The notes beneath the pieces were generated by a model. That model was not told where the DNA came from, ran no database searches, and was given only the letters and a program-made list of their open reading frames with translations. A DNA stretch of 64,000 nucleotides from an uncultured Chloroflexia bacterium (GTDB taxonomy: Bacteria; Chloroflexota; Limnocylindria; Limnocylindrales; CSP1-4). Made by a program: the position numbers and the translations under genes. Numbering within the stretch: position 1 is the stretch's first letter; the number at the start of each line of letters is the position of its first letter. The DNA lies in NCBI GenBank assembly GCA_963710105.1, contig CAVPYV010000001.1, positions 2,454,485 to 2,518,484 on the forward strand. The letters are read 5' to 3'. Below, in pieces: positions 31,386-42,943 of the stretch.

Positions 31386-31404
31386 CCCACTCGGAGACAC
31401 CGCG

Positions 31405-32319
31405 ATGAGGCTCGGCCTGCTGACCGCCCCGTTCCCGACGACGCCGCTTGCCGACGTCGTCGGCTGGACCGCCGCCAACGGCTTCGAATCGATCGAGATC
31501 GCCTGCTGGCCGCGGACCGGCGGCGAGGCCCGCCGCTACGCCGGAACCTCGCACATCGACGTCGCCAACCTGTCGGCCTCCCAGGCGAGCGAGCTCGCCG
31601 CCGAGATCCGGGGCAGCGGCCTCGTCATCTCGGGGCTCGGCTACTACCCGAACCCGCTCCACCCCGACCCGGCCCACCGCGACATGGTCATCGGCCACCT
31701 CCGCCAGGTGATCACCGCGGCCGAGAAGATGGACGTCCCGCTCGTGAACACGTTCATGGGCGCCGACGCCGCGAAGACCCAGGACCAGAACTGGGAGGAC
31801 GCGCTCCAGATCTGGCCGGACATCGTGGCGTTCGCGGCCGACCACGGCCGGAAGATCACGATCGAGAACTGCCCGATGCTGTTCAGCAACGACGAGTGGC
31901 CGGGCGGGCACAACCTCGCGACGACGCCGCGGATCTGGCGCCGGATCCTGGAGCAGTGGGGCGGCACGATCGGGCTGAACTTCGACCCGAGCCACCTGAT
32001 CCTCCAGATGATCGACATCCCGCGCTTCATCCGCGAGTTCGGGCCGCACATCCTCCACGTCCAGGCCAAGGACCTGACGATCGACCGCGAGGGCCTCTAC
32101 GAGCGGGGGGTCTTCTCGCTCGGGATGGGCTGGCAGATCCCGCGCCTGCCCGGCCTCGGCGACGTCGACTGGTCGGACCTGTTCGCCGCCCTGTGGCGGG
32201 CGGGCTACGACGGCGACGTGATCATCGAGCACGAGGACCGCGACTTCGAGAAGACCGACGACCTCGTCAAGCGCGGGTTCCTCCTCGCCCGCGACGTCCT
32301 CCGCCCCTACGTCAAGTGA
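31405..32319 (+). CDS. Sugar phosphate isomerase/epimerase (xylose-isomerase-like TIM barrel).
   Basis: ESIEIACWP...ITIENCPMLF...LNFDPSHL...IIEHED pattern of the AP-endonuclease-2/TIM-barrel family. Confidence 0.75.
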   Translation: MRLGLLTAPFPTTPLADVVGWTAANGFESIEIACWPRTGGEARRYAGTSHIDVANLSASQASELAAEIRGSGLVISGLGYYPNPLHPDPAHRDMVIGHLRQVITAAEKMDVPLVNTFMGADAAKTQDQNWEDALQIWPDIVAFAADHGRKITIENCPMLFSNDEWPGGHNLATTPRIWRRILEQWGGTIGLNFDPSHLILQMIDIPRFIREFGPHILHVQAKDLTIDREGLYERGVFSLGMGWQIPRLPGLGDVDWSDLFAALWRAGYDGDVIIEHEDRDFEKTDDLVKRGFLLARDVLRPYVK

Positions 32320-32484
32320 CGACATCGACGGTCGCCCGCCATGCACGCCGATCGCGGCGTTGGCGGCTGCGCGCGCTCGCTCACGCACCCTCGAGTGCGC
32401 TCGTTCGCGTGCTCGCCGCCGCCTTGCGCTCGACGCACCAGGCGGGCGAGACCGACTCCCCATCGCCCCGGATTCGGAGCCTGC

Positions 32485-33223
32485 ATGTTCACAGTTGACA
32501 CCCTGACCGAACGACAGATCGCCAAGACGATCGATCACTCCTTGTTGAGGCCGGAGCTCGACGACGCGTTCGTCGAGGCCGGCTGCCGGCTCGCCGCCGA
32601 GTACGACGTCGCCTCGGTCTGCGTCCGGCCGGTCGACGTCCGACGGGCGGCGGCGATCCTCGACGGCAGCGACGTCAAGGTCGGCACGGTCATCGGCTTC
32701 CCCCACGGCAGCACGCTGACCGCCACGAAGGTGTTCGAGTCGCACCTCGCCCTCGACGACGGGGCGGTCGAGCTCGACATGGTCATCGACATCGGGGCGC
32801 TGAAGTCCGGCCGCGATCGGGCGGTCCAGGCGGACATCGCCGCGATCGTCGAGGCCGCCCACGGCGCCGGGGCGATCGTCAAGGTCATCCTCGAGAACGC
32901 CTACCTGACCGACGACGAGAAGGTCCGCGGCTGCCGCCTGGCCGAGGCGGCCGGGGCCGAGTTCGTCAAGACCTCGACCGGCTTCGCGGCGAGCGGGGCG
33001 ACCCACGAGGATCTCGCCCTGATGCGGCGGTCCGTCTCCGACCACGTCCAGGTGAAGGCGGCCGGCGGCGTCCGCACCCTCGACGCGCTGATCGCGGTGA
33101 TGAACCTCGGCGTCACCCGGGTCGGCGCAACCGCGACGAAGACGATCATCGACGACTTCCGGGCGCGGAGGGCCGGCGTCGACCGCCGGGACGACCGCGG
33201 TCCCCGCCGAGGCCGGCTACTGA
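32485..33223 (+). CDS. deoC: Deoxyribose-phosphate aldolase (DeoC). The C-terminus is probably frame-shifted, because the six-frame ORF reads through into the next gene.
   Basis: TIDHSLLRPELDD...VCVRP...VIGFPHGS...FVKTSTGF (Schiff-base Lys region)...VKAAGGVRT. The TGA at 33221-33223 in the +1 frame overlaps the downstream ATG (TGATG). Confidence 0.8.
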
Positions 33224-34320
33224 TGGCGGCCGTCGGGATCGGGATGCTCGGCTCCGGGTTCATCGGCGAGTTCCACACGCTCGGGCTGCGGTACGTCCCC
33301 GATGCCCGCGTCGTGGCCAACTGCGGCGCCGGGTCGGCCCGCCGGGAGGCCTTCGCGGCGCGCTTCGGGAGCCGCCCGCTCGCCACGGTCGAGGCCGTCT
33401 GCGCCGATCCGGAGGTCGACCTCGTCGTCGTCTCGCTGCCGAACCACCTCCACCTCGAGGCCGTCCGGGCGGCCGTGGCGGCGGGCAAGGCCGTCGCCTG
33501 CACGAAGCCGCTCGGCCGGACCGCCGCCGAGGCCGCCGAGATGCTCCGGCTCGTTCGTGATGGCGGCCTCTTCCACGCCTACCTCGAGAACGTCGTGTTC
33601 ACCGCCGAGACGGTCCGGATGCGCGAGATGATCGAGGCCGGCGCGATCGGGCAGGTCACGACGTTCCGGGCTCGCGAGGGCCACAGCGGCCCGCACGCCA
33701 GCCACTTCTGGAACGCCGAGCTCGCCGGCGGCGGCGCGCTGCTCGACATGGCGTCGCACGGCACCGAGGCCGCCCGCTACCTGTTCGGCAAGGACGCCGC
33801 GATCCGCGACGTGTTCGCCTGGGGCGCGACCCTCGTCCACGGCGACCGGACCAGCGGCGAGGACAACGCGGTGATGCTCGTCCGGTTCGACGACGGACGG
33901 GTCGCGACGATGGACGTCTCCTGGTCGTCGAAGGGCGGCCTCGAGAACCGCTTCGAGGTCTACGGCGACGGCGGCCGGATCGTCGAGGACATCACATCGA
34001 CGATGCTCCGGGCATTCATCGAGCGGCCGGCCGGCTATCTCGGCGAGAAGGTGGACGCGGACACGGGCTGGGTCTTCCCCGTCCCGAACGAGACCGCGGT
34101 CCACGGCCACGACGCGATGATGGCCGAGGTCGTCGAGGCCTTCCGGGCCGGGCGCCCGCCGCGTGAGACGTTCCGCGACGGGTACATCGTCAACGCCGTC
34201 CTCGACGCCGCCTACCGCTCGATCGGGAGCGGCCGCTGGGAGCCGGTCCAGCTCGACGAGGCCCTCCTCGCGCCGGCCCTCCCCGGCGTGCCGGCCACGG
34301 CAACGGCGGGCATCCGATGA
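33223..34320 (+). CDS. Gfo/Idh/MocA family oxidoreductase.
   Basis: VGIGMLGSGFIGEFH...[15 protein letters not shown]; about 60% similar to the 20056..21258 paralog. Confidence 0.8.
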   Translation: MAAVGIGMLGSGFIGEFHTLGLRYVPDARVVANCGAGSARREAFAARFGSRPLATVEAVCADPEVDLVVVSLPNHLHLEAVRAAVAAGKAVACTKPLGRTAAEAAEMLRLVRDGGLFHAYLENVVFTAETVRMREMIEAGAIGQVTTFRAREGHSGPHASHFWNAELAGGGALLDMASHGTEAARYLFGKDAAIRDVFAWGATLVHGDRTSGEDNAVMLVRFDDGRVATMDVSWSSKGGLENRFEVYGDGGRIVEDITSTMLRAFIERPAGYLGEKVDADTGWVFPVPNETAVHGHDAMMAEVVEAFRAGRPPRETFRDGYIVNAVLDAAYRSIGSGRWEPVQLDEALLAPALPGVPATATAGIR

Positions 34321-35111
34321 GCATGACCGCCCCGACGCGCAGCCTGCCATGGATCACGGCCGCGGAGGAGATCCTCCGCCAGATCGCCGCGACCCAGGCC
34401 GAGGCGATCGAGACGGCCAGCCAGTGGTCCGCCGACGCGATCGGGTCCGACGGGCTCGTCCACCTCTTCGGGACCGGTCATTCGCGGATCCCGGTCGAGG
34501 AGATGTTCCCGCGCTACGGCTCCTACCCGGGCTTCAACCCGATCGTCGAGCTGTCGATGACCTTCCACACCCAGGTCGTCGGCGCCAACGGCCAGCGCCA
34601 GGCGATGTTCATCGAGCGGATGCCGGGCCTGGCCGAGGTGATCCTGTCGAACTTCACCTTCGGGCCGAAGGACGTGATGATCGTCTTTTCGGCCGGCGGG
34701 ACCACGGCGGTGCCGGTCGAGGTCGCGCGCGGCGCCCGGCGGCGCGGCATGCGCGTCATCGCGGTGACGTCGGTCCAGCAGTCGTCCTCGGCCGAGATCG
34801 ATCCGCTCGTCGGCAGCCGCCTCCTGGACGAGGCCGATCTCGTGATCGACCTGTGCACGCCGCACGCCGACGCCATGGTCGAAGTACCCGGTCTGGACAC
34901 GCCAGTTGGCCCGGGTTCGACCGTCGCGGCCGTGGCTATCGTCAACTCCGTCAAGGTCCGAACCGCCGAGCTCCTCACGGAGCGCGGCGCCATGCCGCCT
35001 GTCCTCACCCGGGCCTCGGTCGTAGGCGCCGAGCGCTCGCAGACCCTCTTCGACGGCGCCTACCGAGAGCACGCGCGGCGGATCGCCCGCGCCATCACGG
35101 GGCAGAGGTGA
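34317..35111 (+). CDS. SIS (sugar isomerase) domain protein.
   Basis: LVHLFGTGHSRIP...IVFSAGGTTAVPVEVAR...RVIAVTS is an SIS-type phosphosugar-binding fold. ATGA overlap at 34317. Confidence 0.65.
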   Translation: MSMTAPTRSLPWITAAEEILRQIAATQAEAIETASQWSADAIGSDGLVHLFGTGHSRIPVEEMFPRYGSYPGFNPIVELSMTFHTQVVGANGQRQAMFIERMPGLAEVILSNFTFGPKDVMIVFSAGGTTAVPVEVARGARRRGMRVIAVTSVQQSSSAEIDPLVGSRLLDEADLVIDLCTPHADAMVEVPGLDTPVGPGSTVAAVAIVNSVKVRTAELLTERGAMPPVLTRASVVGAERSQTLFDGAYREHARRIARAITGQR

Positions 35112-35232
35112 TGGCGATGGGAATCGCGCGCAGGAGGTGCCGCCGATAGATCGCACCGATCGCCCTCCGAGGGCAATGACGTTCGGCGACGCGACCGCCC
35201 TGGCGCGTCGACCACGAGAGCGAGGAGAACGA

Positions 35233-36342
35233 ATGGACAAGGCATCGACTCGGGCACGACTGCTCGTCGGGATGGCGGTCATTGCCGTCGTCGCGGCGTG
35301 CTCCAGCCCAGGAGCCTCAGGCGGGGCGGCGAAGGCGCCGTACTCGATCGGCTACTCCAACGGCGGCGGCGTCGGCAACGGCTTCCGCGAGGAGCAGGTC
35401 TGCACCGCCAAGGCCGAGGGCACGGCGCTCGGCAAGGACAAGATCTCCGGGATCAACGTCATCCACCGCAACACCGACGCGGCCGGACAGCTGTCCGACC
35501 TGCGGACGCTGATCTCCCAGAACGTCAACGCGATCGTCTTCAACCCGAACGACCCGGACGCCCTCAACCCGGCGCTCGCGGAAGCCCACGCCAAGGGCAT
35601 CGTCACGGTCTCGGTCGACGCCTACGTGACCGATCCGAACACCTGGAACCTCTACAACAACCAGGTCAAGTACGCCGAGCTCGGCGCCGACTGGCTGTTC
35701 AAGCAGATGGGCGGCACCGGGACCGTCTGGTACACCCGCGGTCTCGCCGGCCATCCGGCGGACTCCGATCGCGACATCGGCTTCAACAACGCGCTGAAGA
35801 ACTACCCGAACATCAAGATCGCCAACCCGGGCGGCACGTTCACCGGCTGGGATCCGGCCACCGCCACCCAGATCACCAACGACTTCATCGCCAGCGGCGG
35901 CTACGACAACGTCCAGGGCATCTGGGCGTCCGGCATGGGCGCGCAGATCGTCGACGCGATCAAGTCCGCCAACAAGAAGTTCGTGCCGATCGCGGACGCC
36001 GACATCGGCGCCTTCGTGAAGCAGCTCCTCGATTCCGCGGGCTATCCGGGCCTCATCGGCGCCGCGGTGACCAACACCGCGTCCGTCGGCGGCGCCGGCG
36101 TGAAGATGGCCTACAACCTCCTGTCCGGGGCGAAGGTCGACCCGTCGGCCGGAGCCGGCCGGCCGAACACCGTCCTGCTCGACCCGCAGATCCTCGACAA
36201 CACCAACGACCAGGGCAAGGCCGACCTCCAGAAGTGGATCGCCGTGCCGGGCATGGACCCGCTCTGGCCGCTCAGCCTGTCGATCCCGAACTGGACCGAC
36301 TACGATCCCAACACGGTTCCGTCGTCCTGCAAGGGCGCCTAG
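35233..36342 (+). CDS. ABC transporter periplasmic sugar-binding lipoprotein (CUT2/ribose-xylose type).
   Basis: Signal/lipobox LLVGMAVIAVVAACSS. Type-I periplasmic binding fold (YSIGYSNGGGVGNGFREEQV...). GAGGAG Shine-Dalgarno before the ATG at 35233. Confidence 0.75.
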   Translation: MDKASTRARLLVGMAVIAVVAACSSPGASGGAAKAPYSIGYSNGGGVGNGFREEQVCTAKAEGTALGKDKISGINVIHRNTDAAGQLSDLRTLISQNVNAIVFNPNDPDALNPALAEAHAKGIVTVSVDAYVTDPNTWNLYNNQVKYAELGADWLFKQMGGTGTVWYTRGLAGHPADSDRDIGFNNALKNYPNIKIANPGGTFTGWDPATATQITNDFIASGGYDNVQGIWASGMGAQIVDAIKSANKKFVPIADADIGAFVKQLLDSAGYPGLIGAAVTNTASVGGAGVKMAYNLLSGAKVDPSAGAGRPNTVLLDPQILDNTNDQGKADLQKWIAVPGMDPLWPLSLSIPNWTDYDPNTVPSSCKGA

Positions 36343-36415
36343 CTCCGTTCCGTATCCAGTGGGGGACGCCGGCGACGCCGGCGTCCCCCACGCCCTGCAC
36401 CTCCACCAGGATCCG

Positions 36416-38017
36416 ATGACAGCGACCACCACCGACCTGCTGCTCGAGGCGACCGACGTCTCCAAGACGTACGGCGCCGTCGTCGCCCTCACCCACGCGT
36501 CCCTGTCGGTCCGGCCCGGCGAGGTCCACGCGCTCATGGGCGCCAACGGCGCCGGCAAGAGCACGTTCGTGAAGATCCTCACCGGCGCGGTCACGCCCGA
36601 CACCGGCCGCATCGTCGTCCGCGGTCGCGAGCGCGCGTCGCACTCGCCCGCCGAGGCCCGCCGCAACGGGCTCGTCTCCGTCTACCAGGAGCCGGCGGTC
36701 ATTCCCGATCTCGACATCCGCGACAACCTCCGGCTGACCCAGACGCCGCTGGCGCCGTTCCGCCACTGGCTGACCGAGCTCGGGCTGGAGAACCTCAACC
36801 TGGCGACGCTCGCGCGGCGGCTGCCCCTTGCGTCGCTCCGGATCGTCGACCTCGCCCGGGCGCTGGCGATCGAGCCCGACGTGCTCCTGCTCGACGAGAT
36901 CACCGCGGCGTTGCCCGCGAACCTGACCGAGCGGGTCCTCCAGGTCGTCCAGCAGCAGGGCGCCGATCGATCGGTCATCTTCATCTCGCACCGCCTCATC
37001 GAGATCGCGGCCATCTGCAATCGCGCCACCGTCCTGCGCAACGGCGAGACGGTCGGCATGGTCGACGTCACCGCCGGCTCCGAGGACCGGATCGTCGAGC
37101 TCATGCTCGGCGAGGGCGCGGCCGCGCTGGGCCGACCCGACGAGGCGGCCGCGACCCGTCCCGACCGGAGCGGCCAGACGCCCCACATCGAGGCCCGCCA
37201 GCTCAGCGACGATCGGCGCCTGCGGGACGCCACCTTCGAGCTCCACGCCGGAGAGGTCCTCGGCGTCGTCGCCCTCGAGGGCCAAGGCCAGGACGAGCTG
37301 TTCGACATCCTGTCGGGGGCCGAACGGCCGGCCGGCGGCTCCCTCCTCGTCGAGGGCAAGCCCGTCTCCTTCCACCACCCGGCCGACGCGATCCGGATGG
37401 GCGTCGTCTACGTCGCCGCCGACCGGGCCGAGGCCCTGCTGATGCAGCGCTCCGTCCGCGAGAACATCTCGCTGCCGTTCTCGGCGCGCGTCTCGCAATG
37501 GGGCTGGATCAACCTGCGGCGTGAGCGGGAGAAGGTCGACAAGGCCGTCGAGACCCTCCAGATCGACGCCCGCGCCGGGGCCGAGGTCCGGCGCCTGTCG
37601 GGCGGCAACCAGCAGAAGGTCACGATCGCGCGGTGGGTGGCGAGCGGCGTCAAGACGATGCTCTGCTTCGACCCGACGCGCGGGATCGACATCCGGACGA
37701 AGAACCAGATCTACGTGCTGCTGCGCGACCTTGCCGCGGCGGGAGCGGCGATCCTCCTCTACACCTCCGAGCTGAAGGAGATCCAGCTGGCCTGCGACCG
37801 GGTGATCGTCATCTTCGGCGGCCGGGTCGTCGCCGAGATGCCGGCCGCCGGCGCCGACGAGGCGGCGCTGCTGCGCGCGGCGCACAACCTCAGGCCGGGC
37901 ACCGCCCTGCCCGAGGAGATCGTCGGGTCGGCGACGTCGTCGGTCAGGCCGGGCCCGGTCGCGGTCCCGGCCGCCGCCACGACCGATGAGCCGCCAGCCA
38001 CCGACGGTGACGCAGCC
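36416..38017 (+). CDS. ABC transporter ATP-binding protein with duplicated ATPase domains (RbsA/MglA-like, CUT2). The frame runs on into the downstream permease with no stop.
   Basis: Walker A GANGAGKST (domain 1); LSGGNQQKV signature (domain 2). Confidence 0.8.
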
Positions 38018-39037
38018 ATGAGCGCGACCCCGGCGACCCCCGCCAGCCTGGAGCGGCCGCGCTCCGGCGCGAAGGACACGCTCGGCACGTTCGGTCGCGA
38101 CAACGCCTGGACCCTCGGCCTGCTCGGCTTCCTCGCGGTCCTCCTCGTCTTCACCAGGTTCGTCAACCCGAACTACAGCCTCGGGAGCCTGGCGAGCACG
38201 GCCACCTCGGTGCTGCCGCTGGCCCTTGCCGCGGTGGCCCAGGCCGTCGTCGTGATCTCCGGCGGCATCGACCTCTCGATCAGCTCGCAGATGGCGCTGA
38301 CCAGCTGCGTGGCCGCGACGATGATGAAGGACTACCCGGGCGATGGAACCGCGGTCCTGATCGTCATCGGCGTGCTGGCGCTCGGGGCGCTGCTGGGGGC
38401 GATCAACGGCGCGCTGGTCGTGCTGACCAAGGTGCCCGACATCGTCGTCACGCTGGCCACCTACTTCGTGTGGGCCGGGGTTGCCCTGCTCGTCCGGCCG
38501 GCGCCGGGCGGCAGCGCCGCGGGCTGGCTCAAGGATCTCGTCGTCGGGCCGCTCGGGATCGAGCTCCTGCCGAAGGCGGCGGTCGTGCTGATCGTCATCG
38601 TCGCCGTGATCTGGCTTCCGCTGTCGCGCTCGCGCCTGGGCCTGTCGCTCTACGCGATCGGCAGCAATCCGCTGGCCGCCTTCCGGAGCGGGGTGCCGGT
38701 CAAGCGGACGAAGTTCCTGTCGTACACGATCACCGGCTTCGTCGCCGCGATCGCCGGGCTGTCGCTCACGGCGAGCACGGGGATCGGGACGCCCGTCCCG
38801 GAGCCGACCTACGTCCTGATCAGCATCGGCGCGGTCGTGCTCGGCGGGGTCAGCCTCGCCGGCGGCGTCGGGGGCGTCTTCGGCCCGGTCGTCGCCGTGG
38901 TCGTCCTCCAGCTGATCCGCGACGACATGACGTTCATGCGGGTGGATCCCAACTACGGCCTCGTCGCCCAGGGCTTCATCCTGATCGGCGTGCTCGTGGC
39001 GGGCAGCCTCATCCAGATGCGAAGGAGCCGGGCGTGA
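38018..39037 (+). CDS. ABC sugar transporter permease (RbsC-like, CUT2), permease 1.
   Basis: About 10 TM helices. SIGAVVLGGVSLAGGVGGVFGPVVAVVVLQLI is the typical branched-chain/ribose permease C-terminus. The ATG at 38018 is in frame with the ATPase. Confidence 0.7.
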   Translation: MSATPATPASLERPRSGAKDTLGTFGRDNAWTLGLLGFLAVLLVFTRFVNPNYSLGSLASTATSVLPLALAAVAQAVVVISGGIDLSISSQMALTSCVAATMMKDYPGDGTAVLIVIGVLALGALLGAINGALVVLTKVPDIVVTLATYFVWAGVALLVRPAPGGSAAGWLKDLVVGPLGIELLPKAAVVLIVIVAVIWLPLSRSRLGLSLYAIGSNPLAAFRSGVPVKRTKFLSYTITGFVAAIAGLSLTASTGIGTPVPEPTYVLISIGAVVLGGVSLAGGVGGVFGPVVAVVVLQLIRDDMTFMRVDPNYGLVAQGFILIGVLVAGSLIQMRRSRA

Positions 39038-40029
39038 CCGCGGCGACCGACACCGTCAACGACCGGGGATGGCTGCGGCCGGCAGCGTGGCGCAACCTCC
39101 TGCGCGACTATCCGCTCGTCCCGCTGACCATCCTGCTGGTCGTCCTGATCATCACCGTCGAGATCGCGCGACCGGGCACGGTCAGCCCGAACTGGGCCGC
39201 GTTCACCGTGCGCCAGGCCGCCGTCCTCGCCATCCTGGCCGCCTGCCAGACGCTGACGATGCTGACCGGCGGGATCGACCTGTCCGTCGGCTACATCGCA
39301 TCGATGGCGGGCTTCGTGACCGCGACCTTCGTGAATCAACCCGGCGGCTGGGTCCTGGGGATCGGCGTCGCTCTCGGCGCCTCGGCGCTGGCCGGTCTCG
39401 TCAACGGCATCGGGATCGGGATCTTCCGGGTCCACCCGCTGATCATGACGCTGGGCATGGGCCTGATCGTGCTGGGCTTCGCCAACGTCTGGCAGCTCCA
39501 GAGCGTGCAGACGGGCTCGGGCGTGCCGCCGGAGCTGCGCACGCTCGGCACCGGTCTGACCGCCGACGTGATCCCGAACGATCTGGCCGTCATGATCCCG
39601 GTCGCCGTGCTGATCATCCTCCTCCTGAAACGGACCGGGTACGGCCGGATGCTGTACGCGATCGGCGACAACCCGGTGGCCGCCCGCCTGTCCGGCGTCC
39701 GCTCGTGGCAGATCCTCCTCGTGCTGTACGTGCTCTCCGGCCTCCTGGCGGCCGTCGCCGGGCTGCTCCAATCGGGTCTCTCGAACACGGCCAGCGTCTC
39801 GCTCGTCACGCCGTACCTGCTGCCGTCGGTCGCCGCCGCGGTCATCGGCGGCACGTCGATCCTGGGCGGCCGCGGGGGCTACTCCGGGACGATCGTCGGC
39901 GCGCTGATCCTGACGGTCCTGGCCGGCTTCCTGAGCATCATCCTGCCCGAGCCGTGGCGCCAGATCGTCTTCGGCTCGATCGTCGTGCTGGTTGCCGCGG
40001 CGTACACGCGAGTGACGGCCGCGAGCTGA
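39034..40029 (+). CDS. ABC sugar transporter permease (RbsC-like, CUT2), permease 2.
   Basis: GTG start with a GAAGGAG Shine-Dalgarno upstream; GTGA overlap with the upstream stop. The hydrophobic profile AVLAILAACQTLTMLTGGIDLSVG is typical. Confidence 0.75.
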   Translation: MTAATDTVNDRGWLRPAAWRNLLRDYPLVPLTILLVVLIITVEIARPGTVSPNWAAFTVRQAAVLAILAACQTLTMLTGGIDLSVGYIASMAGFVTATFVNQPGGWVLGIGVALGASALAGLVNGIGIGIFRVHPLIMTLGMGLIVLGFANVWQLQSVQTGSGVPPELRTLGTGLTADVIPNDLAVMIPVAVLIILLLKRTGYGRMLYAIGDNPVAARLSGVRSWQILLVLYVLSGLLAAVAGLLQSGLSNTASVSLVTPYLLPSVAAAVIGGTSILGGRGGYSGTIVGALILTVLAGFLSIILPEPWRQIVFGSIVVLVAAAYTRVTAAS

Positions 40030-40054
40030 ACGGGTCGAGCGGGACATCGATCCG

Positions 40055-41037
40055 GTGACGCCGACGGGACCGACCCGCCACCTCGGCCTGGACCTGGGGG
40101 CCACGAACCTCAAGTGGGCCGTCGTGGAGCGTGCCGGCGACGGCTGGGCGATCCTCGCCCGGGACCAGGTCCGAACGGCGATCCCGGCGGATCCCGCCGC
40201 GGCGCCGGCGTCCGTCGTCGCGCAGCTTGCCGAGGTCGGGGCCACCGTCGTCGCCGCGTGGCCGGGCGTGGCGAGCGCCGGCATCGGCGTCCCCGGGCTG
40301 TACGACCCGGCGGCCGGCACGACCCGCTTCCTCGTCAACGTGCCCGGGCCGTGGGCCGGACATGCGGTCGCAGCGCCGGTGGCCGGCGCGCTCGGCGTGC
40401 CGGCGTTCCTGATCAACGACGCCCGGGCATTCGGCCTCGCGGAGCTGCGGCTGGGGGCCGCCCGCGGCGCGTCGTCGATGATCGGGTTCACCCTCGGGAC
40501 GGGCGTCGGCGGGGTGATCGCGATCGACGGCCGCGTCGTCCAGGGTCATGACGGCACGGCCGGCGAGCTCGGCCACCAGACGATCGAGCCCGACGGCCCC
40601 TGGTGCGGCTGCGGCAACCGCGGCTGCCTCGAGGCGTTCGCCCGGGCCGACCAGATCGCGGCCGCGTGCGGGACGGCCACGGCCGAGGAGGCGATCGCGA
40701 GGGCTCGGGCGGGCGACGCGCGGGCGCAGTCGACGGCCTGGCGCGGGTCGGGCGCTACCTCGGGATCGGGATCGCCAACATGGTGACCGCGGTCGCTCCT
40801 GACAGGGTCGTGATCGGCGGCGGGATCGCCGCGGCCTTCGACCTCCTGATCGAGCCGATCCGGGCCGAGCTCCGGCGGCGGGTCCGGACGACGGCCCTCG
40901 ACGCGGTCGAGATCGTGCCGGCGGAGCTCGGGACGTGGGCGGGCGCCGTCGGCGCGGCTGTCCACGGCGCGGAGGAGGCCGAGCACGAGGGGGCCGCGGA
41001 CCGACCGGGCGCGGCCCGACCGGGCGCGACCCGATGA
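40055..41037 (+). CDS. ROK-family sugar kinase (glucokinase/N-acetylglucosamine kinase-like). One frame change near 40740.
   Basis: [15 protein letters not shown]...GIGVPG...[12 protein letters not shown] zinc motif. The C-terminus ([25 protein letters not shown]) is in the +2 frame. Confidence 0.75.
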
Positions 41038-41759
41038 GCGACGCCGCCTACCAGCCGCAGTACCGCCAGATCGAGCGATCCCTCCGGGAGCGGATCGCCG
41101 CGCTCCGCCCGGGCGAGCGACTGCCGTCCGACTCGGACCTGTGCGCCGAGTTCGGCGTGAGCCGGATGACGGCCCGCAACGCCATGCAGCGGCTGGCGGC
41201 CGACGGCCTGATCCGGCGCGAGCCGGGCCGTGGCAGCTTCGTCGCCGAGCCGCCGGCCCACCGCCGGGCCAACCGCCTGATGACCTTCACCCAGGAGATG
41301 CTGCGGGCCGGCCGTGTCCCGAGCTCGCGACTGCTGACGCGGGTGATCCGGCCGTCGACGGCGGCCGAGGCCAGCCGCCTCGGGATCCCGTCCCGCCAGC
41401 CGATCGTGCACCTGCGCCGGGTCCGGATGGCCGACGACGAGCCGATCGCGGTCGAGTCGACGGTCCTGATCGGGGCCACCGCCGACGCGGTGATGACCGC
41501 CGACCTGGCCGGCGGCTCGCTCCACGACGCGCTCCGCCGCGGCGGCTACGCGCCGACCCGGGGAACCGGCACGATCGCCGCCGCGGCCGCGACGGCCGAG
41601 GAGGCGCGCCTGCTCCGGATCCGGACGGGCGACCCGCTGCTCGTCGAGCGGCGGATCGTCGTGGACGGCCACGGCCGGCCGATCGAGGCGACCGACTCGG
41701 TGTACGGGGCCGACCGCTACGCCCTCGACGTGACCTTCGAGGTCGAGGCGCGCACGTGA
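41034..41759 (+). CDS. GntR-family transcriptional regulator, HutC/UTRA subfamily.
   Basis: [40 protein letters not shown] (GntR wHTH), then a UTRA effector domain. ATGA overlap. Confidence 0.8.
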   Translation: MSDAAYQPQYRQIERSLRERIAALRPGERLPSDSDLCAEFGVSRMTARNAMQRLAADGLIRREPGRGSFVAEPPAHRRANRLMTFTQEMLRAGRVPSSRLLTRVIRPSTAAEASRLGIPSRQPIVHLRRVRMADDEPIAVESTVLIGATADAVMTADLAGGSLHDALRRGGYAPTRGTGTIAAAAATAEEARLLRIRTGDPLLVERRIVVDGHGRPIEATDSVYGADRYALDVTFEVEART

Positions 41760-42931
41760 CCCACGAGACGCCGACCGGAGCGAGCGGGACGGACGACGCG
41801 GCCGAGGTCGTCGGCAACCTCGTCCTCGACGACCGCGTCGCCGCGGGTCGGATCCGGATCGCGGGCGGCCGGATCGCGGCGGTCGAGCTGGACGAGGCGG
41901 GTCCGGCGGCCGACCCGGGCGCGCCGTTCGTCGCGCCGGGCTTCGTCGACGTCCACGTCCACGGCGGCGGCGGCCACGACGCGATGGGCGATCGGGCGGC
42001 GCTCGACGGGATGGCCCGCCATCTCCTGCGGCACGGCGTGACCTCGTTCCTGCCGACCGCGGTCAGCGCGCCGATCGAGGACCTCGCCGCCTTCGCCGGC
42101 CGCGTCCGGGGCTGGCTGCCGGGCGCGCCGGCCGACGGCGCCGAGCCGCTCGGGTTCAACCTCGAGGGTCCGTTCCTCGCCGCGGCCCGGCGCGGCGCCC
42201 ACGACCCGGCCCACCTCCGCACGCCGGCCGACGTGCCGCGGGCGGCGCTCGAGCCGCTGGTCGACGGCCTGCGGGTGATCACGATCGCCCCGGAGCTGCC
42301 CGGCGCCCTCGAGCTGATCGCCTGGCTCCGCGAGCGCGGCGTGGCCACCTCGGTCGGCCACTCGGCCGCGACCGTCGAGGAGGCGGCGAGCGGCTACCGG
42401 GCCGGCGGGACGACGACGACCCATCTGTTCAACGCGATGACCGGCGTCGATCACCGGGCCCCGGGCCTCGCCGTCGCGGCCCTGCTCGACGACTCGGCCT
42501 ACGTCGAGCTGATCGCCGACGGGATCCACGTCGACCGGGCGCTGTGGCCGCTGATCCGCCGGCTCAAGCCGGCCGACCGGCTGCTGCTCGTCAGCGACGC
42601 GATCGCCCTCGCCGGGATGGGCGACGGGCGGGGCGAGGTCGGCGGGCTCGCGATCGAGGTCACGGGCGGCCGGGTCACGCTGGCCGGGACGTCGACCCTC
42701 GCGGGATCGGTCCTGACCCTCGACGTCGCCGTGCGCCACCTCGTGGAGACCGGGACCAGCCTCCCGGCCGCGGTCGCGGCGGCGAGCCGCAACCCGCTGG
42801 CGATGCTCGGGATCGGCGACCGGGGCCGGATCGCCGCCGGGCTGCGGGCCGATCTCGTCGAGCTCGACCCCGACCTCGGGCTCCGCCGCGTGATGCGGGC
42901 GGGTCGCTGGCTGGACGCCGCGACGGCGTGA
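41756..42931 (+). CDS. nagA: N-acetylglucosamine-6-phosphate deacetylase.
   Basis: [14 protein letters not shown]...FNLEGPF...HLFNAM...LVSDAI is the amidohydrolase metal-ligand pattern of NagA. GTGA overlap. Confidence 0.8.
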   Translation: MTHETPTGASGTDDAAEVVGNLVLDDRVAAGRIRIAGGRIAAVELDEAGPAADPGAPFVAPGFVDVHVHGGGGHDAMGDRAALDGMARHLLRHGVTSFLPTAVSAPIEDLAAFAGRVRGWLPGAPADGAEPLGFNLEGPFLAAARRGAHDPAHLRTPADVPRAALEPLVDGLRVITIAPELPGALELIAWLRERGVATSVGHSAATVEEAASGYRAGGTTTTHLFNAMTGVDHRAPGLAVAALLDDSAYVELIADGIHVDRALWPLIRRLKPADRLLLVSDAIALAGMGDGRGEVGGLAIEVTGGRVTLAGTSTLAGSVLTLDVAVRHLVETGTSLPAAVAAASRNPLAMLGIGDRGRIAAGLRADLVELDPDLGLRRVMRAGRWLDAATA

Positions 42932-42943
42932 CCCGGCCCGCCG

